Source of the DNA: a virus
Reading direction: 5' to 3' (one strand)
DNA: 45,889 nucleotides
UHGV virus genome: UHGV-1372865
A model generated the notes under the pieces. That model did not search any database. It was not told the origin of the DNA and was given only the letters and a program-made list of their open reading frames with translations. How positions within the stretch are numbered: the stretch's first letter is position 1; each line of letters starts with the position of its first letter. The position numbers and the translations under genes were made by a program. Positions 1-7,563 of the stretch are shown piece by piece.

Positions 1-48
1 CTTAGCCGATTACTTCGGTGTATCAGTTGAGTATTTTTTGGAGTAGGA
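1..48 (+). CDS. 3' end of the cro-like XRE-family HTH regulator; continues in frame from the ORF that starts at 45750 at the window's other end
   Basis: Frame 1 translates to LADYFGVSVEYFLE*. Joining the last bases of the window (..aaa at) to base 1 (c) gives ..KADKLKILADYFGVSVEYFLE*, matching the C-terminus of the cI-like protein (..KIADYFGVSVEYLQ). Confidence 0.7.
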
Positions 49-55
49 GGAATTT

Positions 56-268
56 ATGGCAGATGAATGGCTCGGAAGAGCAATCAATGATTATCTGGTA
101 AAAAGAGGTATCAAACAGATTTTTTTATCACAAAAAACAGGGATACCGAAACATAAGATATGTAGTTCGCTGAATGGCAAGAGACGGTTTACTTTTGAAG
201 AATATGAGCTGATCTGCGGAGCACTTGAAGTGAATACGGACAAGTTTATTAAACCGAAGAAATTGTAA
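56..268 (+). CDS. Second small HTH (XRE/Cro-like) DNA-binding protein
   Basis: 70 aa; central segment (..LSQKTGIPKHKICSSLNGKR..) has the helix-turn-helix pattern; sits immediately after the cro-like gene. Confidence 0.55.
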   Translation: MADEWLGRAINDYLVKRGIKQIFLSQKTGIPKHKICSSLNGKRRFTFEEYELICGALEVNTDKFIKPKKL

Positions 269-279
269 AGGAGAAAAAG

Positions 280-429
280 ATGTCTAAGAAAAGTCAAAAA
301 AGTTTGTATGAAGAAATGGTAGAAGATTTATCGAAGTTCGTTATTCGCACTGCGAACAAGGACAATCCAACACCAGAAGAGCTTGCAGCAATGACTGAAA
401 TGGCAAAAATGCTATTCAGGACAATTTAA
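280..429 (+). CDS. Small hypothetical protein (49 aa)
   Basis: ATG preceded by AAGGAGAAAAAG RBS; ends just before the hairpin at 431-456. Confidence 0.35.
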   Translation: MSKKSQKSLYEEMVEDLSKFVIRTANKDNPTPEELAAMTEMAKMLFRTI

Positions 430-430
430 A

Positions 431-456
431 AGTCCTGAGTATAAACTCAGGACAAA
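431..456. terminator. Hairpin between convergent small genes; possible bidirectional terminator
   Basis: GTCCTGAG-tataaa-CTCAGGAC perfect 8-bp stem. Confidence 0.45.
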
Positions 457-459
457 AGA

Positions 460-594
460 CTAATGGCTTGTACTTTTATGGTTTGCAAGGATTGTTCCTG
501 CTTTAGATTTTGCGGAAGCTGATTTGCTTGTGGAAAGAGTTTTTCCAGCTTTGCTGACTTTAGCAGATGGCTTGCATGATTTGCCTTTTGCCAT
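460..594 (-). CDS. Small Lys/Ala/Ser-rich basic protein (44 aa), possible nucleic-acid binder
   Basis: Minus-strand ORF MAKGKSCKPSAKVSKAGKTLSTSKSASAKSKAGTILANHKSTSH with a strong RBS (AAAGGTGGTGAatatATG); not in the ORF track because it is under 60 aa. Confidence 0.4.
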   Translation of the reverse strand: MAKGKSCKPSAKVSKAGKTLSTSKSASAKSKAGTILANHKSTSH

Positions 595-800
595 ATATTC
601 ACCACCTTTCTTATTAAAAATGAGATACCCCTAGTAAGATGGTACAACACAATATATGGAAAGCCAAATAAGAATCACGAAAAACACAATATAAAGTACG
701 AAACATATGTTTTTGCACAATATTTAGTGAATAGTGCAACCTTGATATTATACCACTTTTTGTATAAAAATCAAGAAAATCACAATATATAGGAGGACTA

Positions 801-1115
801 ATGAACAATTTAACAGTATGTGAACAAAACGGTCAGCTACTCACCGACAGTAGAGAAGTAGCAATGACACAAGAAGAACGTAACGAATACTTATTAAAAC
901 ACGAAAATTTTATTCGCTGCGCTCGGTGCAAAAATTTAATACACAGTTCAAACAAATATTGTCAATATTGTGGGTGTCCTAATGAAAAAGAACTCCAAGC
1001 TATTAAAAAAAGCAAGGAGCTCAGTTCCGATATTGTGCTTAATGGAAAGATTATTTCTCAAGCTGTTCGGAAAGCCATTTGTGATACAACTCAAGAAGAC
1101 GGACGTTCATTTTAA
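801..1115 (+). CDS. Hypothetical early protein with a Rha-like N-terminal motif and a CxxC..CxxC zinc ribbon
   Basis: AGGAGGA RBS; N-terminus (..CEQNGQLLTDSREVA..) resembles the start of the phage Rha family; CARCKN..CQYCGC zinc ribbon. Confidence 0.45.
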   Translation: MNNLTVCEQNGQLLTDSREVAMTQEERNEYLLKHENFIRCARCKNLIHSSNKYCQYCGCPNEKELQAIKKSKELSSDIVLNGKIISQAVRKAICDTTQEDGRSF

Positions 1116-1275
1116 AACTGAATCCAGCTATAAATCCGGCTATTTCGTTAAAAGCATTAGGGTCTCCAAGAGATGTTTCAAGCGTTGGATAATCCTCATC
1201 ATTAACGCCGTTGATATAGTCGATATCTTCTTGTGTTAACGATTTTTTAAATTCGTCAAAAGATTTAAGTACCAT
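1051..1275 (-). CDS. Hypothetical acidic protein (74 aa), convergent with the neighbouring early gene
   Basis: Strong RBS AAAGGAGATCGACTatg on the minus strand. Confidence 0.4.
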   Translation of the reverse strand: MVLKSFDEFKKSLTQEDIDYINGVNDEDYPTLETSLGDPNAFNEIAGFIAGFSFKMNVRLLELYHKWLSEQLEK

Positions 1276-1335
1276 AGTCGATCTCCTTTCTTAAATACTC
1301 GGCATTGGCAGATGCCTGTAAGCAAATTATAGGAG

Positions 1336-1532
1336 ATATGGAAACAAATGACAATAAAGATTCACAAGAAAGAGGTGTGGTAAAAATCAACTGGAATAAA
1401 TTTTCGGAGTTGTTTGAAATTTCCGATGACGAAAAAGAATTTTTTGAAATGATTTATCGAAGACGCACCATATACAGATGCGTCATAGGAATTCTGATAA
1501 TCATAATAATCGTGTTGTTATTAACGAGGTAA
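1336..1532 (+). CDS. Small protein with a C-terminal hydrophobic tail (about 65 aa counting from the internal ATG)
   Basis: TAGGAGATatg RBS; C-terminus is ILIIIIIVLLLT. Confidence 0.3.
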
Positions 1533-1827
1533 TAACTGACGCAACGATGGAAATTATAAGCGGCCAAAGCTTACTGTCAAAGAATTTCTTTCTACGGTAA
1601 GCGCAGTAACGGAAGTATTTTTCGGTAAGAGAAAAAGTTCTTTCTGGCGCTTCATCAGCTGGAGTTGTGTCAACAAAAGAATAATTGCTTGATATTAGTT
1701 TATATCCCATTAGAGGTTTTTCGGATTTGCCAAGAAAACCTGATGTAACTGTTTTCTTAAACCTCATACAGAACAACTTAAATTTTTCTGGGAATAGCAA
1801 GCAAATTTCATCAAAATCAGAACTCAT
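1501..1827 (-). CDS. Hypothetical tail-anchored membrane protein (108 aa)
   Basis: AAAGGAGAAAAAGTatg RBS on the minus strand; C-terminal TM segment (IISIVASVITSLITT). Confidence 0.45.
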   Translation of the reverse strand: MSSDFDEICLLFPEKFKLFCMRFKKTVTSGFLGKSEKPLMGYKLISSNYSFVDTTPADEAPERTFSLTEKYFRYCAYRRKKFFDSKLWPLIISIVASVITSLITTRLL

Positions 1828-1921
1828 ACTTTTTCTCCTTTGTTTTTGATAACTACATTATAAAGGAGGGAGAAATGTAAAACAAGATAAAACGAGATAA
1901 AACAAGATAACAGGAGGTAAT

Positions 1922-2731
1922 ATGAACGAATTAAAAATTTTTAATAATGAAGAGTTCGGTAAAATCCGAACAGTGACAATTGACAATGAACCGTGGTTTG
2001 TGGGGAAAGATGTGGCAGAAGCATTGGGGTATGTCAAAGCAAGAAATGCCATTGCAAATCATGTGGAAGAAGATGACAAAAAGGATGCCCCAATTCAGGG
2101 CGGCCTTGGTGGCACTCAATCGATGACGATCATTAACGAATCCGGTCTTTATGCCCTTATCTTCGGTAGCAAGTTGGAATCCGCAAAAGAATTCAAACAC
2201 TGGGTGACATCCGAAGTTCTTCCAGCACTCAGAAAGACGGGCTCTTATGAAATGCCAAAGAAGAAGCAAAACAACGAACGTCTTGCCAGTGTGAACAATG
2301 CAGTAAAGATTTTAACGCCGATGCTCCAAGCAGCAGGGTGCAACAGTAAAATCCAGCTCCTGACCGCGAAATCGCTTTATGAGAAAGCAGGAGTAAATCT
2401 GCCGATCAGGATTGAAGCGGATCAGCAGTATGTGGATACGGTACATATCGCAAGGCAGGCAAGACTTTACTTTCAGAGTTCAGGCAAGCCGGCAGACAAA
2501 GCTGTGAATGAGATTATTCGTAGGTTAGATTTGTCAGAAGACATGTATACGGAAACATGGGAATCCAAAGGAAAGTGGCAGGGGACTGTTAGAAAATATG
2601 CTCCAGAAGTGATCGATATGGTAAAGCAGTGGTACGCCGACAACGGATATCCAAGAGAAATCTCATACACACAGTGCGATGGGCAGATAAAGAAATATCA
2701 TGTGATCGTCAGAGATTCGGATGTTAATTAA
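1922..2731 (+). CDS. Phage antirepressor with an N-terminal BRO-N domain and an antirepressor-type C-terminal domain
   Basis: N-terminus (FNNEEFGKIRTVTIDNEPWFVGKDVAEALGY) matches the BRO-N consensus; CAGGAGGTAAtATG RBS; its C-terminal domain resembles that of the 25742 protein. Confidence 0.85.
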   Translation: MNELKIFNNEEFGKIRTVTIDNEPWFVGKDVAEALGYVKARNAIANHVEEDDKKDAPIQGGLGGTQSMTIINESGLYALIFGSKLESAKEFKHWVTSEVLPALRKTGSYEMPKKKQNNERLASVNNAVKILTPMLQAAGCNSKIQLLTAKSLYEKAGVNLPIRIEADQQYVDTVHIARQARLYFQSSGKPADKAVNEIIRRLDLSEDMYTETWESKGKWQGTVRKYAPEVIDMVKQWYADNGYPREISYTQCDGQIKKYHVIVRDSDVN

Positions 2732-2789
2732 AAACGTAGGACAACATACGTAGGACGATCAACCGGCATACAGTAAAGAGGGGTGGTGA

Positions 2790-2942
2790 AATGAAAGGAA
2801 TCGAAGTAGTAAGCATGATTAAAATCAATGGATCTTGGATAAACCAAGAGGATTTAAACCGAGAGGAACTTTCTCAAATCTTGGAGAAAAAATTAGATGA
2901 AACGATGAAAAATATAGGATTCGAAAGAAGAAAAACCGCCTA
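2790..2942 (+). CDS. Small hypothetical protein (50 aa)
   Basis: GAGGGGTGGTGAAatg RBS. Confidence 0.3.
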
Positions 2943-2965
2943 GGCGGTAGATGGGAGGACAAGCT

Positions 2966-3154
2966 ATGAAAGTTAAAGGAACTTACCATTGCCAGACTAC
3001 TCAGCAGCCCAACACATTAAATAGCTGGGATATCCGGTCAGTCTCCGTAGAGCTGCCAGAAGAAAAGGACAAGCCTTACTGGCATAAGGTTGCAGCAGCT
3101 GTGATCGGGTTTGTGCTGGTGCTACTGGCGTGGTATCTGGTGGTTGGGTATTAA
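2966..3154 (+). CDS. Small membrane protein (C-terminal TM helix)
   Basis: GGGAGGacaagctATG; C-terminus AAAVIGFVLVLLAWYLVVGY. Confidence 0.4.
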   Translation: MKVKGTYHCQTTQQPNTLNSWDIRSVSVELPEEKDKPYWHKVAAAVIGFVLVLLAWYLVVGY

Positions 3155-3237
3155 AAATGAGCACCTACGAAAAGGGTAGATGTAGGTACTCAGGTAAAAA
3201 ATCAATTTAATTTTAAGCGAAAAGGAGAGAAATGTAA

Positions 3238-3876
3238 ATGAAAAAATTTGAATTAACCAGCGAATTTGTAACTTTTTTAGGAAAGACGCTCTTTAGAATC
3301 AAGGCTCTTGTGTCGTTTGGTGATGTAGCAGAGGGAGAATTGGGCGGATTTATAGAAAGGGAGAATAATCTTGACCAGTCCGGTGACGCTTGGGTATACG
3401 GTGATGCTTGGGTATACGGTGACGCTCAGGTATGCGGTGACGCTCAGGTATTCGGTAACGCTCGGGTATACGGTGATGCTTGGGTATACGGTGACGCTCA
3501 GGTATGCGGTGATGCTCGGGTATACGGTGACGCTCGGGTATACGGTGACGCTCAGGTATGCGGTGACGCTCAGGTATTCGGTAACGCTTGGGTATGCGGT
3601 GACGCTCAGGTATGCGGTGACGCTCAGGTATTCGGTAACGCTTGGGTTCAAAACTGCCGTGATTATTCTGCTACAAGCTGCTTCGGATCGGAAAATAGGA
3701 CGACAACATTTTTCCGCACGAAAGACGGCGGAATCAGCGTGAGATGTGGATGTTTTTACGGAACACTGAGGGAATTTAGAGAAAAGGTGAAAGAACGACA
3801 CGGAGACAGTCGACTGGCAAAGGAATATTTGATGCTGGCAGATTTGATGGAGTTTAGATTGTCTAAGGATGAGTAG
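3238..3876 (+). CDS. Hexapeptide-repeat protein, probably a beta-helix: about 15 copies of [GN][DN]A[WQR]V[YCF], with a Cys-containing C-terminal domain
   Basis: GGAGAGAAAtgtaaATG RBS; the repeat is encoded by a near-perfect 18-bp tandem array. Confidence 0.7.
   Translation: MKKFELTSEFVTFLGKTLFRIKALVSFGDVAEGELGGFIERENNLDQSGDAWVYGDAWVYGDAQVCGDAQVFGNARVYGDAWVYGDAQVCGDARVYGDARVYGDAQVCGDAQVFGNAWVCGDAQVCGDAQVFGNAWVQNCRDYSATSCFGSENRTTTFFRTKDGGISVRCGCFYGTLREFREKVKERHGDSRLAKEYLMLADLMEFRLSKDE
3382..3647 (+). repeat. 18-bp tandem DNA repeat (ggtgacgctcaggtatgc and variants), about 15 units
   Basis: Read directly from the sequence; units differ only at 1-3 positions. Confidence 0.9.
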
Positions 3877-3887
3877 GAGGATAAGCA

Positions 3888-4151
3888 ATGGATAGAAAGA
3901 AAATACATGAACTTTTAGATTTAATTCTCGAGATTCAAGAGCACGGAGAAGGTAAGGATGGGTATCCGTACGTAAACATTGAATTTTTAAACTACGGGAG
4001 CAGAATACTTTTGTGCGCACAAGAAAACGGATTTGTCGAGAATGGAGATTACGATTTGTTTGACTGGATTACAACAGATGAGCAACTAGATGATGCAATC
4101 GTTTTGGCAGAAGTATTACTGGAAAAAGCAGCAGATATGGCGGGCGAATAA
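3888..4151 (+). CDS. Hypothetical acidic protein
   Basis: GGAGGAtaagcaATG RBS; 87 aa. Confidence 0.5.
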   Translation: MDRKKIHELLDLILEIQEHGEGKDGYPYVNIEFLNYGSRILLCAQENGFVENGDYDLFDWITTDEQLDDAIVLAEVLLEKAADMAGE

Positions 4152-4152
4152 T

Positions 4153-4299
4153 ATGTACAAATATACAGAAGAACTGGAAGAAATAACAGATCAAGAAGCG
4201 GCTGAAAAAGACAGATATTTTAGGGTACGCAAAAGGCACTATCAGAATTATTGTGATTTTATGGAGGAAATAACAAATGGCAACATTATACGAGATTGA
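4153..4299 (+). CDS. Small hypothetical protein (48 aa counting from the internal ATG)
   Basis: In-frame ATG just after the previous stop; the longer track ORF overlaps the upstream gene. Confidence 0.3.
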   Translation: MYKYTEELEEITDQEAAEKDRYFRVRKRHYQNYCDFMEEITNGNIIRD

Positions 4300-4741
4300 C
4301 GAAGAGATTTTAAATTGCGTAGATCAGGAAACGGGAGAGATTATCGACCCAGAAAAGCTGGCACAGTTGCAGATGGATTTTGACAAAAAGGTAGAGGGAA
4401 TTGCTCTCTGGATCAAAAACCTCTTATCTGATGCAGAAGCAATCAAGGCAGAGAAAAATAAACTGGCTGATCGCCAGCGGTCATGTGAGAACAAGGCGAG
4501 AAATCTAAAAGAATACCTGTCTGGCTACCTGTGTGGAGAGAAATTCAAAACACCAAGAGTTAGCATCTCTTATCGAAAATCAGAGAGCGTAGAGGTGCAA
4601 GACATTTCAAAACTGGATGAAGAATACTTGAAGTTCACTGATCCGGAGGTGGACAAGACCAAGGTGAAAAAGGCGCTGAAAGATGGAATTGAACTCTCTG
4701 GCGTTGTATTGGTACAGAACAATAATATTCAGATTCGGTAG
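4277..4741 (+). CDS. Siphovirus Gp157-family protein, a recombination-module accessory
   Basis: MATLYEIDEEI..EGIALWIKNL..AEAIKAEKNKLADRQRS..KFKTPRVSISYRKSESVEV matches the Sipho_Gp157 pattern; GGAGGAAAtaacaATG; lies upstream of an SSAP. Confidence 0.65.
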   Translation: MATLYEIDEEILNCVDQETGEIIDPEKLAQLQMDFDKKVEGIALWIKNLLSDAEAIKAEKNKLADRQRSCENKARNLKEYLSGYLCGEKFKTPRVSISYRKSESVEVQDISKLDEEYLKFTDPEVDKTKVKKALKDGIELSGVVLVQNNNIQIR

Positions 4742-4749
4742 GTGCAATC

Positions 4750-5352
4750 ATGGGAAATTTGGATTTATATAACAGGGTTAGAATTGTCCCGGAAGAGGCA
4801 AAGAAGCCTATCAAAGGCGGCCGCTTGAACGGAATGACGGATATTAACCCTATGTGGAGAATCAAAGTACTTACAAGTGAATATGGTCCGTGTGGCATTG
4901 GCTGGTTTTACAAGCCTGTTAAGAAATGGACGGAGCAGGCAGGAGGTGAAACAGTTGCATTCGTAGATATCGAACTGTTTATAAAGGTAGATGGTGAGTG
5001 GTCGCAACCGATCTGTGGAACTGGGGGGAGTAAGCTATCGCAAAACGAAAGAAATGGTCTTTTTGTTTCCGATGAATGTTACAAAATGGCAACAACAGAC
5101 GCTATTTCTGTAGCTTGTAAGCAACTTGGAATTGGAGCAGACGTGTACTTTGGGGCAGATAGAACTAAGTACGATTCTCCATTTGAAAGAGTGGAGCGAG
5201 TGCGAAACGAACTGAAAAAGCGCAGATGTTCAGAAGCGAATTTTATGCAGGTATATAGGTTGGATAATATTGAACAGGTGACAGATAGCCAAATCAAAGA
5301 TTTTATAGCGAGAATGGAGGCGGCAAAGCATGACAGTGTGGATCAGAAGTAG
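4750..5352 (+). CDS. Rad52/Sak-family single-strand annealing protein
   Basis: C-terminal core KMATTDAISVACKQLGIGADVYFG resembles the Rad52-fold SSAP signature (..AESDALKRA..GIG..LY); adjacent to the Gp157 and NinB-like genes. Confidence 0.65.
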   Translation: MGNLDLYNRVRIVPEEAKKPIKGGRLNGMTDINPMWRIKVLTSEYGPCGIGWFYKPVKKWTEQAGGETVAFVDIELFIKVDGEWSQPICGTGGSKLSQNERNGLFVSDECYKMATTDAISVACKQLGIGADVYFGADRTKYDSPFERVERVRNELKKRRCSEANFMQVYRLDNIEQVTDSQIKDFIARMEAAKHDSVDQK

Positions 5353-5845
5353 AGTGCAGATGCCGAACTACGTGAAAGAAAGTATTAGATCATTGGTAAA
5401 GTCGATTTGCGATAAAGATGTCGATGTGAGTATTGCTCTGCACAAAGAATCAAAAACAGATCAGCAAAGAAAATACTTTTGGACGCTGGTAAAAGAACTC
5501 CGCAGCGTTATGAAAAACGGACAGACTGAAAACGATGTGTATTTGCATCTTTTAAGGATATACGGGACGTCAGATTTTATAAGCCTTCCGTCCGATCAGG
5601 TGCATCTTGCAAGAGCTTGTTACCGGATTGTAGAAGTACAGAACAAGAAAGAGTTTGTGAACAAGGAGAATGAGTGCATTACTGTTTGTACTTTGCGCTG
5701 CTGGAAAGGATTGAGCGAATACGATACCAACGAAGCTTGCATGTTGATAGATGGAGCGGTTGAAGAGTGCAAAAGTCTTGGTATTCCGACAGATACGCCG
5801 GATGAAATTCGCAAAATGAAAGAGTTGTGGGGGATTGAATTATAA
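5330..5845 (+). CDS. NinB/Orf-like recombination mediator
   Basis: Motif KTDQQRKYFWTLVKELRSV parallels lambda NinB (SLDQNRKLWACLGDVSRQV). Confidence 0.45.
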   Translation: MTVWIRSRVQMPNYVKESIRSLVKSICDKDVDVSIALHKESKTDQQRKYFWTLVKELRSVMKNGQTENDVYLHLLRIYGTSDFISLPSDQVHLARACYRIVEVQNKKEFVNKENECITVCTLRCWKGLSEYDTNEACMLIDGAVEECKSLGIPTDTPDEIRKMKELWGIEL

Positions 5846-5862
5846 GCATTGATTACAGTGAC

Positions 5863-6221
5863 ATGGCGTTCCCAAAGCCGAAGCGAAAGAAAAAGAAAAA
5901 AGGTCATCAAAGAGCATCCGGCAGACCAAAGAAGCTGTGGAGCATATTTACAGAAGATATGGATCACTGCATGTACACAGGAGTTTACGGAGTGGAGCGT
6001 CATCATATTTTTAGCCACACATCAAGAGAAATAGAACTTTCGGAAGATTACGGATTCATAGCTCCACGAGACCGGATCTGCATCCAAACGGAACAAGGGC
6101 AGGGGAGAATGCTTCGAAAGTTGACCGATACTTAAGAAAATGCTGCAAGGAGTATTATTTGCAGCACTACGGAACAGAAGAACAGTTCCGGCAAGAATTT
6201 CACTATGTTAGTAAGGGTTAA
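5863..6221 (+). pseudogene. Small phage HNH-like protein of the MAFPKPK..SIFTED..HHIF family, broken by a frameshift near 6070-6085
   Basis: Frame A (5863-6135) gives MAFPKPKRKKKKK..SIFTEDMDHC..ERHHIF..SEDYGFIAP. The expected C-terminus (..HPNG..KEYYLQHYGTEEQFRQEFHYVSKG*) is in the +2 frame, open from 6015 to 6221. The second Cys and His ligands are also missing. Confidence 0.5.
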
Positions 6222-6334
6222 ACCTTTGCTATAAATTGTAACCCGTTCATGGCTGCTGTGTAGTACGTCACAAATACCTTAAGTAAGCCAGATTCATTGT
6301 CTCCCGGTAACTCCGGGAGCAGAAAGGAGAATAA

Positions 6335-6745
6335 ATGGTAATTACAATTCCGGGAAAACCCGTTGGAAAAGCAAGACCAAAATTCCGCAGAGCCGGATTT
6401 AAGGTCATTACATACACACCACCCGCAACCAAGAAATATGAAAAGGAAGTTGCGAGGATTTATAAACAAAGCGCATGCGTTCTTTATACAGAGATACCTC
6501 TGAGAGTTCGAATTTTAGCGAAATTTCCGATTCCAGAGAGCTGGTCTAAGAAGAATAAGGAGAAAGCATTAAAAGGCGAAATAAAGCCGAATAAGAAGCC
6601 GGACTTAGACAACATTGCAAAAATCATTTTGGATGGACTGAACGGAGTCGCATACACCGATGATAAGCAGGTGACCAGTCTGGAGATTGAAAAAGTGTAC
6701 TCGGACACACCTTGCGTGGTGGTCTATATTGCGGAGGATGAGTGA
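6335..6745 (+). CDS. rusA: RusA-family Holliday junction resolvase
   Basis: GKPVGKARPKF..KKPDLDNIAKIILDGLNGVAYTDDKQV matches the RusA signature; AGAAAGGAGAAtaaATG. Confidence 0.85.
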   Translation: MVITIPGKPVGKARPKFRRAGFKVITYTPPATKKYEKEVARIYKQSACVLYTEIPLRVRILAKFPIPESWSKKNKEKALKGEIKPNKKPDLDNIAKIILDGLNGVAYTDDKQVTSLEIEKVYSDTPCVVVYIAEDE

Positions 6746-7551
6746 TGGCAGATAACAAGAAATACTACTATCTAAAACTGAAGGAGAACTTTTTCGATTC
6801 AGACAGCATGGTTTTATTGGAAAGCATGCAAGATGGCATTCTTTACAGCAACATTTTGATGAAAATGTATCTTAAGAGCCTTAAAAACAACGGGAAACTG
6901 GTTTTGAACGATGCAATCCCGTATAACACGCAAATGATAGCGACTGTAACACGCCATCAGGTTGGAACTGTGGAAAAAGCAATTGAGGTGTTCGAACAAC
7001 TCGGACTAATAGACATATTAGATGGAGGAACTATTTACATGTCTGATATCGAACTATTTGTCGGGAAATCTTCTACTGAAGGAGACCGGAAAAGAGCAGA
7101 GAGGATGAAGTTGAAACATGTTGAAAATTTAGCACTTGGACAAATGTCCGACATTCATCCACCAGAGATAGAGATAGATATAGATATAGAGAAAGAGATA
7201 AGAGATATAGATAATATATATGATTGCGCAGAAGCGCAAAAAGCACACAAGAAACAGGTAAAGAAAGAAAAACCTACAAAGCATAAATACGGAGAGTATA
7301 ACAACGTACTTTTGACAGACGATGAGCTCGACAAGCTAAAGGATAAATTTCCAGACTGGGAGGATAGGATTGAACGATTATCCGGCTACGTTGAGTCTAA
7401 AGGGGCGAAGTATAAGAGCCATTATGCAACAATCATAAACTGGGCGAGAAGAGAAGGCGGTACTGGCAGAACTGCGATAAAGAGCAGCATACCAAAGAAT
7501 ACAGGGTATGCACCAGAACAGGATATGAATGATCTGGATGATCTATTTTAG
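6742..7551 (+). CDS. Phage replisome organizer / replication initiation protein (Phage_rep_org_N with a DnaD-like C-terminus)
   Basis: KKYYYLKLKENFFDSDSMVLLE..ILYSNILMKMYLKS is typical of the replisome organizer N-domain; C-terminus ..YKSHYATIINWARRE; acidic DIEIDIDIEKE linker. Confidence 0.7.
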   Translation: MMADNKKYYYLKLKENFFDSDSMVLLESMQDGILYSNILMKMYLKSLKNNGKLVLNDAIPYNTQMIATVTRHQVGTVEKAIEVFEQLGLIDILDGGTIYMSDIELFVGKSSTEGDRKRAERMKLKHVENLALGQMSDIHPPEIEIDIDIEKEIRDIDNIYDCAEAQKAHKKQVKKEKPTKHKYGEYNNVLLTDDELDKLKDKFPDWEDRIERLSGYVESKGAKYKSHYATIINWARREGGTGRTAIKSSIPKNTGYAPEQDMNDLDDLF

Positions 7552-7563
7552 AGGTGAAGTAAC

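Noticed and set aside
1931-2269. 112-aa minus-strand ORF inside the BRO-N antirepressor gene
   Set aside because: It is antisense to a gene with a clear domain signature and RBS.
3382-3647. Possible CRISPR array (this, and the 9-bp repeat at about 20030-20105)
   Set aside because: Units are contiguous with no spacers, and the arrays are in frame within protein-coding repeats.
3277-4020. Long minus-strand ORF (247 aa) and a + frame ORF (3371-3742) overlapping the hexapeptide-repeat gene
   Set aside because: These are shadow ORFs created by the 18-bp tandem array. The repeat frame with the RBS and the non-repeat N- and C-termini is 3238-3876 +.
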